Source: an uncultured bacterium (lineage in GTDB: Bacteria; Zixibacteria; MSB-5A5; CAIYYT01). Taken from it: 64,000 bases of DNA. Where the stretch lies: the NCBI GenBank assembly GCA_963726455.1, contig CAVSCK010000004.1, positions 96,001 to 160,000 on the forward strand, in the 5' to 3' direction. The notes below the pieces were generated by a model. That model ran no database searches, was not told the origin of the DNA, and saw only the letters and a program-made list of their open reading frames with translations. Below, in pieces: positions 30,434 to 40,771 of the stretch (position 1 is the first letter of the stretch; each line of letters begins with the position of its first letter). The translations under genes were made by a program, and so were the position numbers.

Positions 30434-31126
30434 ATGCCTGAGAACGAAAGCGCGAACGACGCAAAAACAGAAGCGACCCCAGCCGCTGCGGTTGGCAAAA
30501 AGTCAAAGCTCATTCCTATCGCCGCGGCGGTAGTTGTCTTTGTCATCTTCATCGTGATCTTCTCACTGAAGTACGGTGTCTTCAGCTCCTCGAACGTTTC
30601 ACAGTCCACGGCACAGGCCGATCCACAAAAGGCCAAAGCCGATTCCATCGCTGCTGCCAAGAAAGCCGCCGACTCCGTCGCCCACGTCGAAGCGACAGCG
30701 TACGACGGTCTCTTTTCCGATTTTGAAGAACCACGCAACACCAACGAAGCCGGCGACGAGAACACGGTAGCCGATGACTCGGCCTCCAAGGTCGCCTACT
30801 TCGATAGCCAAAGAACCGATATCGCGCAGAAGCTCACCCAACTTCAGGCCGAGGAGGCAAAGCTGCAATCGCTCAAGTCTGATGTCGAGGCATTGCTTCA
30901 GCGCAAGAAAGACATGGAGGACGGAAATATCACGCAGATGGCGAAGCTTTACGAAGGTATGGCCACCGAGGAATTGGTACCGATCCTGGAACGGCTCACC
31001 GATGCGCAGGTAAGCGTGATGATCAGCAAAATGAAAAAACAGAAAGCGTCCGAGGTTCTGGGCAAGATGAGTCCGGAACGTGCGGCAAAGATCACACAGT
31101 ACATACTCTCAATGAGCGAGAACTAA
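30434..31126 (+). CDS. MotE/FlbB-like flagellar protein (TM, coiled coil, MgtE_N-like domain)
   Basis: MAKLYEGM...ISKMKKQKASEVLGKMSPERAAKIT, located directly before fliK. Confidence 0.75.
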   Translation: MPENESANDAKTEATPAAAVGKKSKLIPIAAAVVVFVIFIVIFSLKYGVFSSSNVSQSTAQADPQKAKADSIAAAKKAADSVAHVEATAYDGLFSDFEEPRNTNEAGDENTVADDSASKVAYFDSQRTDIAQKLTQLQAEEAKLQSLKSDVEALLQRKKDMEDGNITQMAKLYEGMATEELVPILERLTDAQVSVMISKMKKQKASEVLGKMSPERAAKITQYILSMSEN

Positions 31127-31129
31127 CGA

Positions 31130-32833
31130 ATGAACGATTTACTAAACCTTGTCAATCTCCCGGAGATCGACACCTCACCGCCTGCCGGAGTTGTTGCTGC
31201 ACAACAGCAGCCGACGGCGGATGGAGGATTTGCCGCCATGCTGACAGAGCTTGGCCAGGCAAATCCGGTGCCCGTCCCAGGGGGGATGACTGCGGACAAA
31301 TCGCAGCCGGGCGAGGTAAGTCCTGCAACATTGGCGGCAATGGCGCCGTCGTTGCAGTTGACTCCCGCACTGCTGCAATTGCTCGGCTCAATGGGACAAC
31401 CAGGTCAACAGTCGGCGATGGACGGTTCCTTAACCGGGTCGCTGCCAATCAATCCGCAGACTTTCGATTTGGCAAATCTGCCTGCAGGCATCCAGCCCCA
31501 GGAGACTCTGGTGACGGCAAATCAACTGCTGGCGCTTAATTCGCCGAAATCGATCGATCCGCAATTGGCGATGTTAATGGAGCAACCAACATCAACCGTC
31601 ACGATGCCGACTATTTCGGAACTGACGGCTGATGCTCAACAGACTGATGTCGCTCCTTATCGTCTGCCTGTCGATCTGATGATGACCAAAAATGATCTGG
31701 CCAAATTGCAGATGTTACTTGCCGGACTGCAAGTGACACCGCAAGGCCAGACCGCCGAGGAACCAGTCACAGTCAATGGCGTACCCATTCCCGTTGACAC
31801 TTCAAGTCCGAGCTATCAACCGGAGTTGCAGAACCTTGAGCAGATGCTCAAGTCGCAGTTCCCAACTCTGAACATTGAACACCTGTCGGCACAACTCAAT
31901 CTCAAGGATCCACAGCTTGCGCAGCTGAAAGCCGCTCTTGCAGCGACAGCGAAGGAAACTCCTGTTGGATCTACACCTGCTAAGCCGCAATTAGTGATTG
32001 CCCAATCCGGCGATCCGATTGTCAAGCAGGCGCCAACCCAGAATCCGTCGCAGATCGCCACCCCTGTTGATATCGCCGCTGCCCAGAAATCCGAAATCCT
32101 TTCGGTCGCTGGGACAGTTGCGAGTCAGGTTCAGGCAGCGATCGATCCGGCAAATCCGGCTGCGACCGCAACTCAGCCCGTGGTGGAAACCGTCAATCAG
32201 AAGGCGACTCCCGAATCGACTTCGCCTCTAAGCGGTGCAACGCAAACTCAATCCGGCAACTTGGTGAAGACGGCTGTCAAGTCGGCTGAATCAGCGGATT
32301 CCGGCAGCAGCTATTCACAGACGGCGCAAAACTGGAGCGGTCAGGCAAGTGATCGCAGTGACGTTGCTTCCACGGAGCAGGTCGCACAGCCGCGTGAGCC
32401 GCATGTCGACAAGACCAAGTTCAAGATTCAGTTCGACCGTTTCCAGATCGATGCGCTCCTGAAGCGCAGCGAAATCAAACTGCAACTTCAACCGGCCTCT
32501 CTGGGCAATATGAGAGTCAAGCTGGTCGCTACTCCGCAGGAAATGACGGCACGCTTTGAGACGACCAACGAAGCGGCCCGGATCGCGGTGGAGCAGAATC
32601 TGCCGCAGCTCAAGGAGAGTCTGGAAAGAGCCGGAATCAAAGTTGATCATGTTGAAGTCGTGCTTGACGAGCAACGCATGCGGCAGCAACAGGAACAACA
32701 TCAAAGTCAGAGAAAACATCGTCCCGACACACAAGTCGCCGAGAATTCCGGCGCCGAATCGGAGCAGACCTCCGGTGGCATGATGTCCTCTGTCGGCCGA
32801 ACCGTGCTCGGTGGACTTAACCTTCTGGCATGA
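31130..32833 (+). CDS. fliK: Flagellar hook-length control protein
   Basis: Low-complexity A/Q/P/T body and C-terminal LQLQPASLGNMRVKL...LPQLKESLERAGI. Confidence 0.88.
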   Translation: MNDLLNLVNLPEIDTSPPAGVVAAQQQPTADGGFAAMLTELGQANPVPVPGGMTADKSQPGEVSPATLAAMAPSLQLTPALLQLLGSMGQPGQQSAMDGSLTGSLPINPQTFDLANLPAGIQPQETLVTANQLLALNSPKSIDPQLAMLMEQPTSTVTMPTISELTADAQQTDVAPYRLPVDLMMTKNDLAKLQMLLAGLQVTPQGQTAEEPVTVNGVPIPVDTSSPSYQPELQNLEQMLKSQFPTLNIEHLSAQLNLKDPQLAQLKAALAATAKETPVGSTPAKPQLVIAQSGDPIVKQAPTQNPSQIATPVDIAAAQKSEILSVAGTVASQVQAAIDPANPAATATQPVVETVNQKATPESTSPLSGATQTQSGNLVKTAVKSAESADSGSSYSQTAQNWSGQASDRSDVASTEQVAQPREPHVDKTKFKIQFDRFQIDALLKRSEIKLQLQPASLGNMRVKLVATPQEMTARFETTNEAARIAVEQNLPQLKESLERAGIKVDHVEVVLDEQRMRQQQEQHQSQRKHRPDTQVAENSGAESEQTSGGMMSSVGRTVLGGLNLLA

Positions 32834-32840
32834 GGTGGAT

Positions 32841-33530
32841 ATGGACGCACAATCAGTTAGCTCAATTCTGAATCCGCCGGTGAAAGAGGAAGTGAAGAAG
32901 CCGGGCGACATCCTGGGCAAGGATGATTTCCTTAAGCTTCTCACGTCCCAGCTCAAGTATCAGAATCCGCTCGAACCGATGAACGATCAGGAGTTCGTCG
33001 CGCAGATGACGCAATTCTCGTCGCTGGAGCAGTTGCAGAACATGAACTCGACATTGTCGCAGAACGCGCAGTGGAACATGCTCCTGTCGCAAACCATCAA
33101 CAACACGATGGCGACGTCGCTGATCGGCAAGGAGATCACCGCGGATAGCAATGCCATTGGCATCAGCGGCGGTGACGGAGCCGATATCAGCTTTCAGTCA
33201 GCTGATTTTGCCCTGACCGGCACGATTACGATCTATGACGAGAAGGGCAACGTCGTGCGAACGCATGGACGTTAGCAGCCTATCAAGTCCGGTTCGAACT
33301 CCGTTCACTGGAATGGCAAGGACGATCAGGGCAATGACGTTGCCTGCCGGCAACTACACCTATCAGGTCAACTTGAAGGACACGAACGGCCAACCGGTTA
33401 CGGTGAGCAACTTACCGCAGCGGCACGGTCGCAGGCGGTCAAGTACGTTGACGGCCAGGCCTACTTGCTGGTGGACGGCTCCTACATTCCGCTCGCACAG
33501 ATCAGAGAAGTCAAGCAGGGGAAAGTCTGA
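32841..33530 (+). CDS. flgD: Flagellar hook-capping protein (indels)
   Basis: LGKDDFLKLLTSQLKYQNPLEPM...AQMTQFSSLEQ and Ig-domain WNGKDDQG...PAGNY. Confidence 0.92.
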
Positions 33531-33890
33531 TGACTGAATCAATTCAGAAAATCGCGGCCATCAATCCGGCGACATCGACTCAGGCGCTCGGCTCTGTCGC
33601 ACCACAAGCGCAGCCGAAAACGGCGCCGCCTGCCGACGGATTGACATTCTCCAAGCACTTGAGCGAACGTATGAATCGTCGCAGAATCGATCTGTCACCG
33701 GAGAAGCTTGATCGGTTGTCTCAAGCGGTAGACAAGGTGGCGGAAAAGGGCGCCCGCGAATCGGTGGTGTCTGCTCGATAATCTCGCACTTTTGGTCAGC
33801 GTCTCCAATCGGACGGTGCTGACAGCAATCGAAACTGAGAATATGAAGAACGGTGTTTTCACGAACATCGATTCGGTAGTGGTAGGATAG
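33530..33890 (+). CDS. Flagellar operon protein (TIGR02530-like; frameshift near 33770)
   Basis: LTFSKHLSERM..R, KGARES and C-terminal VFTNIDSVVV. Confidence 0.85.
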
Positions 33891-33948
33891 AAACAAAAGC
33901 AGGCCGGACCTCCTTGAGGAAGCCTGTGATTATGGAGGTACAGAAGAC

Positions 33949-35875
33949 ATGTTAGCATCATTATTCGCAGGAGTCGCAGGACTAAGAAACCATCAGGTGC
34001 GAATGAACGTAATCGGCAACAACATCTCGAACATCAACACGATCGGCTTCAAGTCCGGTCGTTCGATCTTTCGCGAAGCGCTGATCCAGACTCTGCGCGG
34101 CGCCGGTCGTCCGTCGTGCAGTTTCAGGCGGTACCAACCCGATTCAACTTGGTCTGGGTATGGAAGTGGCCTCGATTGACAACTTGTTCACACAGGGTGG
34201 TCTGGAACTCACCGGTCAGATCACTGACCTGGCGATTCAGGGCAACGGCTTCTTCCTGTTGTCAGATGGCAATTCGAAATTCTACACTCGCGCCGGAGCG
34301 TTCGGCTTTGACGCCAACAGTTATCTCGTAAATCCTTCCAACGGTCTGTACGTTCAAGGCAAGATGGCTGATGACACCGGAACCATTCCGGCGACAGCCA
34401 CCGTCGGTAATATCAAGCTGCCGTTTGGACAGCAGGATCCTGCCAGACCGACCTCGCGAGTTGATTTTGGCAATAACCTCGATGCCTCAGTCACCCGCTC
34501 CGAGGCCGCGATTACGACCGGCACTACCCCGACGAACGGAATCACTCAGGTTTCCGGCGCGGCACGTGACGGCGCGGGCGGTGTCCATGTCATCACGATT
34601 ACCGGTGCCCAGGCAACGCAGGCGTCTCGCGCTGGTGCGCACACTGGTCAGCCCGCCGGCGGCACTGACAGGCAGTGAAACTCTTGGCGCGCTTGGCGTC
34701 ACATCGACGACTCTAACTCTGGCAGTTGACGGCGGTTCGCCGATCAATATCACCGGCTTGACGACGACCTCGACGGTCAACGATTTGGTGATTGCTGCAT
34801 CGACATCATCGATGGCGTCGACGCCAAACTTGACAGCGGCGAAATTCTAATCACTCGCACGAAAGCAGGCGCCTCATATAACATCGCTACCAACACGGCC
34901 GTCGCAGGTGACATCGCCAACCAGATTTTTGGCGTGGCTGCGGCTTCGGCCTTCCAGGTCAATAACGGTATCGATCACTCCTTCCAGGCGCAGGATGTGT
35001 TTACACCTTCAGTGGGCGGCACGACCGTGACCAGTAATCTGGGCATCACGGTTAATTCGAATACCGGTCTTGCGACCGGCGTGACCGGTCTTGCCGAAGG
35101 AGGTATCACCGTGAGCTCCGGCGATACCGGTCTTTTGGCCGGCACCGCTTCGATTACAACTAAAGATACCGACAAGGCAACTTCGATCACCGTGTATGAC
35201 TCACTGGGCGGCACGCACGTGATGATGACGAACTTCATCAAGTCGCATGAACCGAACAAGTGGTACTGGAACATCTCGATGCAGGGTGGCGAGATCATCC
35301 AGTCGGGTGCTTCCGGGACGGTGACCTTCAACTCTGATGGTTCGCTGCTTCGCTTCGAGATCGACGGCGGCGCCGACAAGTTCTCCTTCGATCCGAACAA
35401 TGGCGCCGGGCTGACTCAGATTGATCTGTTTGCCGGTTCCTCGGGCAAGTACGACGGCCTGACCGGATTCTCCGGCACGGAGACGGTCGCGGCCGTGAAA
35501 CAGAACGGTTACGGCATGGGCATTCTGGACAAGATCTCGATCGACCCGACCGGTCTGATCATCGGCATATTCACCAACGGCGTCTCGCGTAATCTGGCGC
35601 AGATCGTGCTGGCCGATTTCAACAACCAGGCGGGCTTGATAAAGTCGGGCGAGTCGCTATTCCAGACGTCGGCAAACTCCGGCGAAGGTATCGAAGGTGT
35701 GGCAGGCGAAACGGTTTCGGCGACGATATCGTCAGGAGCTCTGGAGTCGGCCAACGTCGATCTGGCGCAGGAATTCACCAACATGATCATCGCACAAAGA
35801 GGATTCCAGTCCAACGCCAGGGTGATCACAACTTCCGACAACATGCTTGACGATCTGGTCAATCTGAAGAGGTAA
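33949..35875 (+). CDS. flgE: Flagellar hook protein (about 3 indels)
   Basis: VIGNNISNINTIGFK, DLAIQGNGFF, YTRAGAF and LESANVDLAQEFTNMIIAQRGFQSN. Confidence 0.95.
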
Positions 35876-35877
35876 TT

Positions 35878-36093
35878 ATGATTAAGGTCACACGCCTGAA
35901 TGGTCAACTGATTGTACTTAACGCGGAACTGATCGAGTTCGTGGAAGAAATTCCCGACACGATTATCAGTCTGACCACGGGCAAGAAGATCATGGTTAAA
36001 GAAAACGCCGAAGAGATCATCGAAAAGGTGATCGCCTACAAACGTAACTCTGGATCAGCGGTGCCCACAGCGCCGCTGATCACCGAGGAATAG
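35878..36093 (+). CDS. flbD: Flagellar FlbD-family protein
   Basis: MIKVTRLNG...NAELIEFVEEIPDTIISLTTGKK. Confidence 0.92.
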   Translation: MIKVTRLNGQLIVLNAELIEFVEEIPDTIISLTTGKKIMVKENAEEIIEKVIAYKRNSGSAVPTAPLITEE

Positions 36094-36107
36094 CAGGAGA
36101 TATGGCT

Positions 36108-36715
36108 ATGCCGGAAGTAAAAGAGCAAACTGAGACCGCCCCCGAAGCAGCGGCTCCACGCAAGAGTCTGATTCCTGCGAACCTCATGCCGCTGTTGACC
36201 AAGATTGGAATCTTTGGCGTTATCGGAATGGTGGCAATCGTGGCGGCCTTTCTGATCACCACCAAAGTGCTCAAACCGATGATGGCGCGTTCAACTACTC
36301 CAACCACCGAGCAGGCCGCAAAGCCCGCGCCGGTGGAAGAGAAAAAGCAGGAAGCCAAAGCCGAGGAAACTACCAAGGGTGAAGAGGGTGGCAAGGGGGA
36401 AGCGGCTGCTTCCGAAGGCAACTACTATAGTATTGAGAACATCGTTGTCAACCCGGCCGGAACCGGCGGTACCGATATTTGTCTTGCGGAGTGAGCTTCG
36501 AAATGGAATCGCCGCAAGACGTCAAGGTGTTCGAGGCCAAATCGGTACAGGTCAAGGATATTCTGATCACAATTCTGTCGTCCAAGACCGTCGACGAACT
36601 GTCGGATATCAGGCAACGCAATCAAATGCGCCGCCAGATCATGACCATCGTCAACCGTTTCATGGCTCCAACACAGACCAAAGCGGTTTACCTCACGGAT
36701 TTCGTGCTGCAGTAG
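36108..36715 (+). CDS. fliL: Flagellar basal body protein FliL (frameshift near 36470)
   Basis: One TM segment, IVVNPAGT, KDILITILSSKT and C-terminal VYLTDFVLQ. Confidence 0.9.
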
Positions 36716-36729
36716 GAAAGGAAGCGAAC

Positions 36730-37710
36730 GTGGCAAAGATACTCTCTCAGGATGAAATCGACGCCCTATTATCGACTGTGTCGGCGGGTGACGAAATCGA
36801 ATCCCAACTCTCGGTCGCGGATGATTCACTGCGGTCGGTGGTTGCCTATGATTTCAAACATCCCAACCGAGTATCCAAAGACCAGATTCGCACGCTGGAA
36901 AATCTGCACGACAACTTCGCCGGCCACCTCGGCTCGACCCTGTCCGGTATTCAACGGGCGATGGTCGATACCGAGTTGGTAAGCGTTGACCAGATCACTT
37001 ACTCCGAATTTATCATGTCGCTGGTCAACCCGTCGAACACGTTCACGATCAGTGTCGAGCCGCTGGAAGGACTGTGTCTGGTCGACTTCAATCCGACGCT
37101 GGCTTTCATGTTCATCGACCGCATGTTCGGCGGCGTCGGAAAGCTGCTGGAAGCGGAACGTGAATTGACCGGTATCGAACGCACGGTGTTGACGAAGATT
37201 GCGCACCATGTTTTTCAGGAATTGGAGAAGACCTGGAGCTCGGTCATCAAAATGCAGATTCGCCACGTCTCCTTCGAGACCAATCCGCAGTTCGTGCAGA
37301 TTGTACCGCCGGGTGAGACGGTAATCGTCATCAGCATGCAGGTCAAGATGCTGGGCAACTCCGGACTGTTGACGATCTGTTATCCGTATGTCACGCTCGA
37401 ATCGATCATGAAAGACTTGGTTGGCAAGAGCTGGGTCGATCAGTCGAAGAAGGGCGACGCGGAAATTGATTACGGCATCAACACGGCCAACTTGCAGGAA
37501 GTGTCTGCCGACGTCTCCGCTCAACTCGGGACGGCGCAGATTACCGTGAGAGATTTCGTCAATCTCAAGTCGGGTGATGTCATTCAACTTGATCAGCGCG
37601 TAAGTCAGCCGCTGGAGATTTACGTGCGCGGCGCGAAAAAATTCTATGCCAGACCCGGCGTTGTCGGGAAAAAAATGGGAATTCAGGTCATCGGTTTCGC
37701 CGAGAAATAG
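36730..37710 (+). CDS. fliM: Flagellar motor switch protein FliM
   Basis: GTG start, CheY-binding LSQDEIDALL, YDFKHPNRVSKDQ and ETNPQF. Confidence 0.95.
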   Translation: MAKILSQDEIDALLSTVSAGDEIESQLSVADDSLRSVVAYDFKHPNRVSKDQIRTLENLHDNFAGHLGSTLSGIQRAMVDTELVSVDQITYSEFIMSLVNPSNTFTISVEPLEGLCLVDFNPTLAFMFIDRMFGGVGKLLEAERELTGIERTVLTKIAHHVFQELEKTWSSVIKMQIRHVSFETNPQFVQIVPPGETVIVISMQVKMLGNSGLLTICYPYVTLESIMKDLVGKSWVDQSKKGDAEIDYGINTANLQEVSADVSAQLGTAQITVRDFVNLKSGDVIQLDQRVSQPLEIYVRGAKKFYARPGVVGKKMGIQVIGFAEK

Positions 37711-37719
37711 GAGATATAG

Positions 37720-38319
37720 ATGCCAGACGATATGCTCACTAATGAGCCACTGGATGAACAGGACCTTCCCTCGTCATCGGTGCCTTTGCCGGAATCGGGA
37801 ATGGACGACTTGTCCGGCCCCGAGAACGCTCAGGCAATACCTGCCGACCAAATCAAGTCGACGGGCGCCATCGATGATGAAGTAGAACGAATCATGCTCG
37901 AGGAATTGGCGCGTGCCGAGGCCGCCGGCGATATGCCGACCGTCGCCGAAGCTATGCCGTCTTTCCCCGATACGCCGACTCCGGCCAAGCCAACCAAAGA
38001 AATGCCGACGGTGAAACCGGTCGAGTTTGGCAAGTTCGATCGCACCGAGGCAACCGGCCAACCCAAGAACATCGATATCCTGATGGATGTCAAGCTGCCG
38101 ATCTCTATCGAGCTCGGACGCACCGAAATGACCATTCGCGATATTCTCGGGCTTTCAGCCGGTTCGGTTGTCGAATTGAACAAGCTGGCCGGTGAGCCGG
38201 TCGAGTTGCTGGTGAATAATAAAGTCATCGCCAAAGGTGAAGTCGTCGTGGTCGATGAGAACTTCGGCCTGCGAGTAACCAGTCTGATTTCGCCGGAAGA
38301 CCGGATTAAGAGTCTCTGA
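37720..38319 (+). CDS. fliN: Flagellar motor switch protein FliN
   Basis: IDILMDVKLPISIELGRT...GEVVVVDENFGLRVT. Confidence 0.95.
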   Translation: MPDDMLTNEPLDEQDLPSSSVPLPESGMDDLSGPENAQAIPADQIKSTGAIDDEVERIMLEELARAEAAGDMPTVAEAMPSFPDTPTPAKPTKEMPTVKPVEFGKFDRTEATGQPKNIDILMDVKLPISIELGRTEMTIRDILGLSAGSVVELNKLAGEPVELLVNNKVIAKGEVVVVDENFGLRVTSLISPEDRIKSL

Positions 38320-38792
38320 TGCGGCACGTCCCCTCCTCCTGGCTGATTGGCCTGACGGCGCTTCTGATGAGCTCACCGCTTCTGGCTCAGGACAAAGAAA
38401 TCCCTTCGCCCGCAAGTGATCTCGGCCCGACCTTGCTGCAGCTTGCCGGCGCGCTGCTGCTGATAATTGTCATCATCTATGTCTCTATCTGGTTGATGAA
38501 GAAATACTCCACCGGTCGTATGGCCGGCGGCGGTAACCTGATTGCAATCGTCGAGAGACGCCATCTGACTCCAAAGCAGGTGCTCTATCTCATCAAAATA
38601 GGGGAGAAGCATTTATTGATCGGCGCATCCGACTCCGGCCTGCAGAAGCTTTCTGATATCGAGAATCTCGAAATCAAAAAGCCGCAACCGAGCGCCACTT
38701 CGCCTGTCTCCAAATTCAGTCAGGCGTTGCGACAAGCGAAAGAAACGCTTATCCCGCGCACGATGATCAAAGAAAAGAGCGTCGAAGTATGA
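38319..38792 (+). CDS. fliO: Flagellar biosynthesis protein FliO/FliZ
   Basis: TM segment then [26 protein letters not shown], between fliN and fliP. Confidence 0.85.
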   Translation: MRHVPSSWLIGLTALLMSSPLLAQDKEIPSPASDLGPTLLQLAGALLLIIVIIYVSIWLMKKYSTGRMAGGGNLIAIVERRHLTPKQVLYLIKIGEKHLLIGASDSGLQKLSDIENLEIKKPQPSATSPVSKFSQALRQAKETLIPRTMIKEKSVEV

Positions 38793-39551
38793 CGTCCTGC
38801 AAAGTGATCATCAGCGTCGTCGTGATCCTGCTGTTAGTCATGGCGGCGGGCGCCCAGTCGCAATCTTTACCGAAAATCAGCTTACAGATCGAAAAGGGTT
38901 CCGACGCCAAAGGCCTGTCCACGACTCTGCAAATCGTTCTGTTAATGACCGTTCTGGCGCTAGCGCCGTCGATCCTGGTCATGATGACGTCGTTCATTCG
39001 CATTATCATCGTTCTGTCCTTCGTGCGACAAGCGCTCGGCACCAACCAGTTACCACCTATCGCAGCTTATCATGGGTGTGGCGCTGGTTATGACCATGTT
39101 CGTCATGTCGCCCGTTATTTCGCAAGTCCACGAGAAGGCCTGGACTCCCTACATGAACGGCGAAATTACCCAGAAACAACTTTACGACGAGGGCATGAAG
39201 CCGCTGCGCGCGTTTATGCTTCAGCAAACGCGGGAGAAAGACCTGGCGCTGTTCGTGAAATTCTCCGGCATGCAAAAACCCGCTACCCAGGCCGACATCC
39301 CGACTCACGTGGTCGTTCCGGGCTTCATACTTTCCGAATTACGAACGGCCTTCCAAATTTCGTTCATCATCTTCATTCCTTTCCTTGTCATCGACATGGT
39401 CGTGGCATCGGTCTTGATGTCAATGGGTATGATGATGTTGCCACCCGTACTGGTCGCGCTACCTTTCAAGATTCTATTATTCGTCATGGTTGATGGCTGG
39501 TATCTGATCGTCAAGTCACTTTTGGACAGTTTCCACGTAGCAGGAGGATAA
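38789..39551 (+). CDS. fliP: Flagellar export protein FliP (frameshift near 39055)
   Basis: [30 protein letters not shown] and [14 protein letters not shown]. Confidence 0.95.
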
Positions 39552-39552
39552 A

Positions 39553-39822
39553 ATGACACCGCAATATGTACTCGCGCTCGGCAAAGAAGCAATCTGGCTG
39601 ACTCTGTTGGTGTCCGCCCCGATGCTGATACTTGGACTTCTGGTCGGCGTGATAATCTCCATCTTCCAGGCGGTAACCCAAATTCACGAAATGACCCTGA
39701 CCTTCGTGCCCAAGATCATCGCCGTGGCGCTGGCTATGATTATCTTTCTGCCCTGGATCATCAACAAGCTCGTTGACTTCACAACCCGCCTGTTCTCGAC
39801 CATCCCAACTTTGGTAGGGTAG
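39553..39822 (+). CDS. fliQ: Flagellar export protein FliQ
   Basis: ISIFQAVTQIHEMTLTFVPK. Confidence 0.95.
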   Translation: MTPQYVLALGKEAIWLTLLVSAPMLILGLLVGVIISIFQAVTQIHEMTLTFVPKIIAVALAMIIFLPWIINKLVDFTTRLFSTIPTLVG

Positions 39823-39929
39823 AAACAATTTCAACCACACCCGGAAAAAAGCTCCACCCAATGCCTCGGACATACCAGGTCGCCCAATTCAAGTGATTGT
39901 CTGACAGTGCGTTAAGTCTTGTTTCTCCC

Positions 39930-39945
39930 CGGCACACTCATTGCT
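39930..39945 (+). promoter_or_regulatory. Internal sigma54 promoter before fliR
   Basis: CGGCAC-ACTCA-TTGCT in the 154-bp fliQ-fliR gap. Confidence 0.7.
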
Positions 39946-39976
39946 AAAGTAAGTGCGATGAGGAGAGCTATACACC

Positions 39977-40768
39977 GTGCAGACTGACGCAATACTGGGA
40001 ATCTCATTAGACAACGTAGTCATCTTCCTGTTGACGACCTTCCGGATCGGCGGCCTGTTTATCGCTGCCCCGATCCTGGGACATTCCTCGATCCCAATGA
40101 TGGTCAAGATTCCGTTGTCGCTAATTCTCGGCTATTTCATTTTTCCGTACGCCAGTGCACAGCCCCTTGTGATGGAACCGGGACTCATGCCGCTGCTTAC
40201 GTTGGCGGTGCGCGAGTTTCTGTTCGGGCTGGTGATCGGATTTCTCTTCCAAATCATCTTCCTCGGCGTCGAATTCGGCGGCGGCCTGATCGGTTACCAG
40301 ATCGGTTTTGCGATGGTGAACATCATCGATCCAACCACGTCCGCAAACGTGCCGATCATCGGTCAGTTCAAGATTCTGATCGCGACCTTGATCTTCCTGT
40401 TGATTAACGGCCATCACGTCATGCTGCAGGCGCTGTTTGATTCTTTCAAGCTGGTGCCGCTCGGCCGTGTTTCGCTTACGCCGGTCGCGCTTACGGAAGT
40501 CATGAAGTTCGCAGGCGCCGCGTTTACCGTCGGAATCAAAGTCTCGGCGCCGGTTATTGTCACGCTGTTTATCACCGACGTCTGTCTCGGCATCATCGCT
40601 CGCACGATGCCGCAGATGAACATTCTCGTCGTCGGTTTCCAGGTAAAGATCGGAGTTGGGCTGCTGATTCTCGCAATCAGTCTGCCTGTGTTCAACTACG
40701 TGTTTACGCAGTTGTTCTCGCGGATGAGCATGGATGCCATCCAGATCAGCAAAGGATTTGCAGGATAG
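39977..40768 (+). CDS. fliR: Flagellar export protein FliR
   Basis: GYQIGF..VNIIDP, NGHH and ARTMPQMNI. Confidence 0.95.
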   Translation: MQTDAILGISLDNVVIFLLTTFRIGGLFIAAPILGHSSIPMMVKIPLSLILGYFIFPYASAQPLVMEPGLMPLLTLAVREFLFGLVIGFLFQIIFLGVEFGGGLIGYQIGFAMVNIIDPTTSANVPIIGQFKILIATLIFLLINGHHVMLQALFDSFKLVPLGRVSLTPVALTEVMKFAGAAFTVGIKVSAPVIVTLFITDVCLGIIARTMPQMNILVVGFQVKIGVGLLILAISLPVFNYVFTQLFSRMSMDAIQISKGFAG

Positions 40769-40771
40769 GAA

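Noticed and set aside
36379-37710. 443-aa FliM with an N-terminal extension, or a FliL-FliM fusion
   Set aside because: The extension is an alternative frame over fliL. FliM begins at GTG 36730 after its own RBS.
25009-39551. Many frameshifted genes (cmk, plsC, rpsA, flgD, flgE, fliL, fliP; also Yip1, TSUP, amrS) as pseudogenes or programmed frameshifts
   Set aside because: Indels hit essential genes, cluster regionally, lack consistent slippery sites and leave motifs intact on both sides. Long-read consensus error is the simpler explanation.
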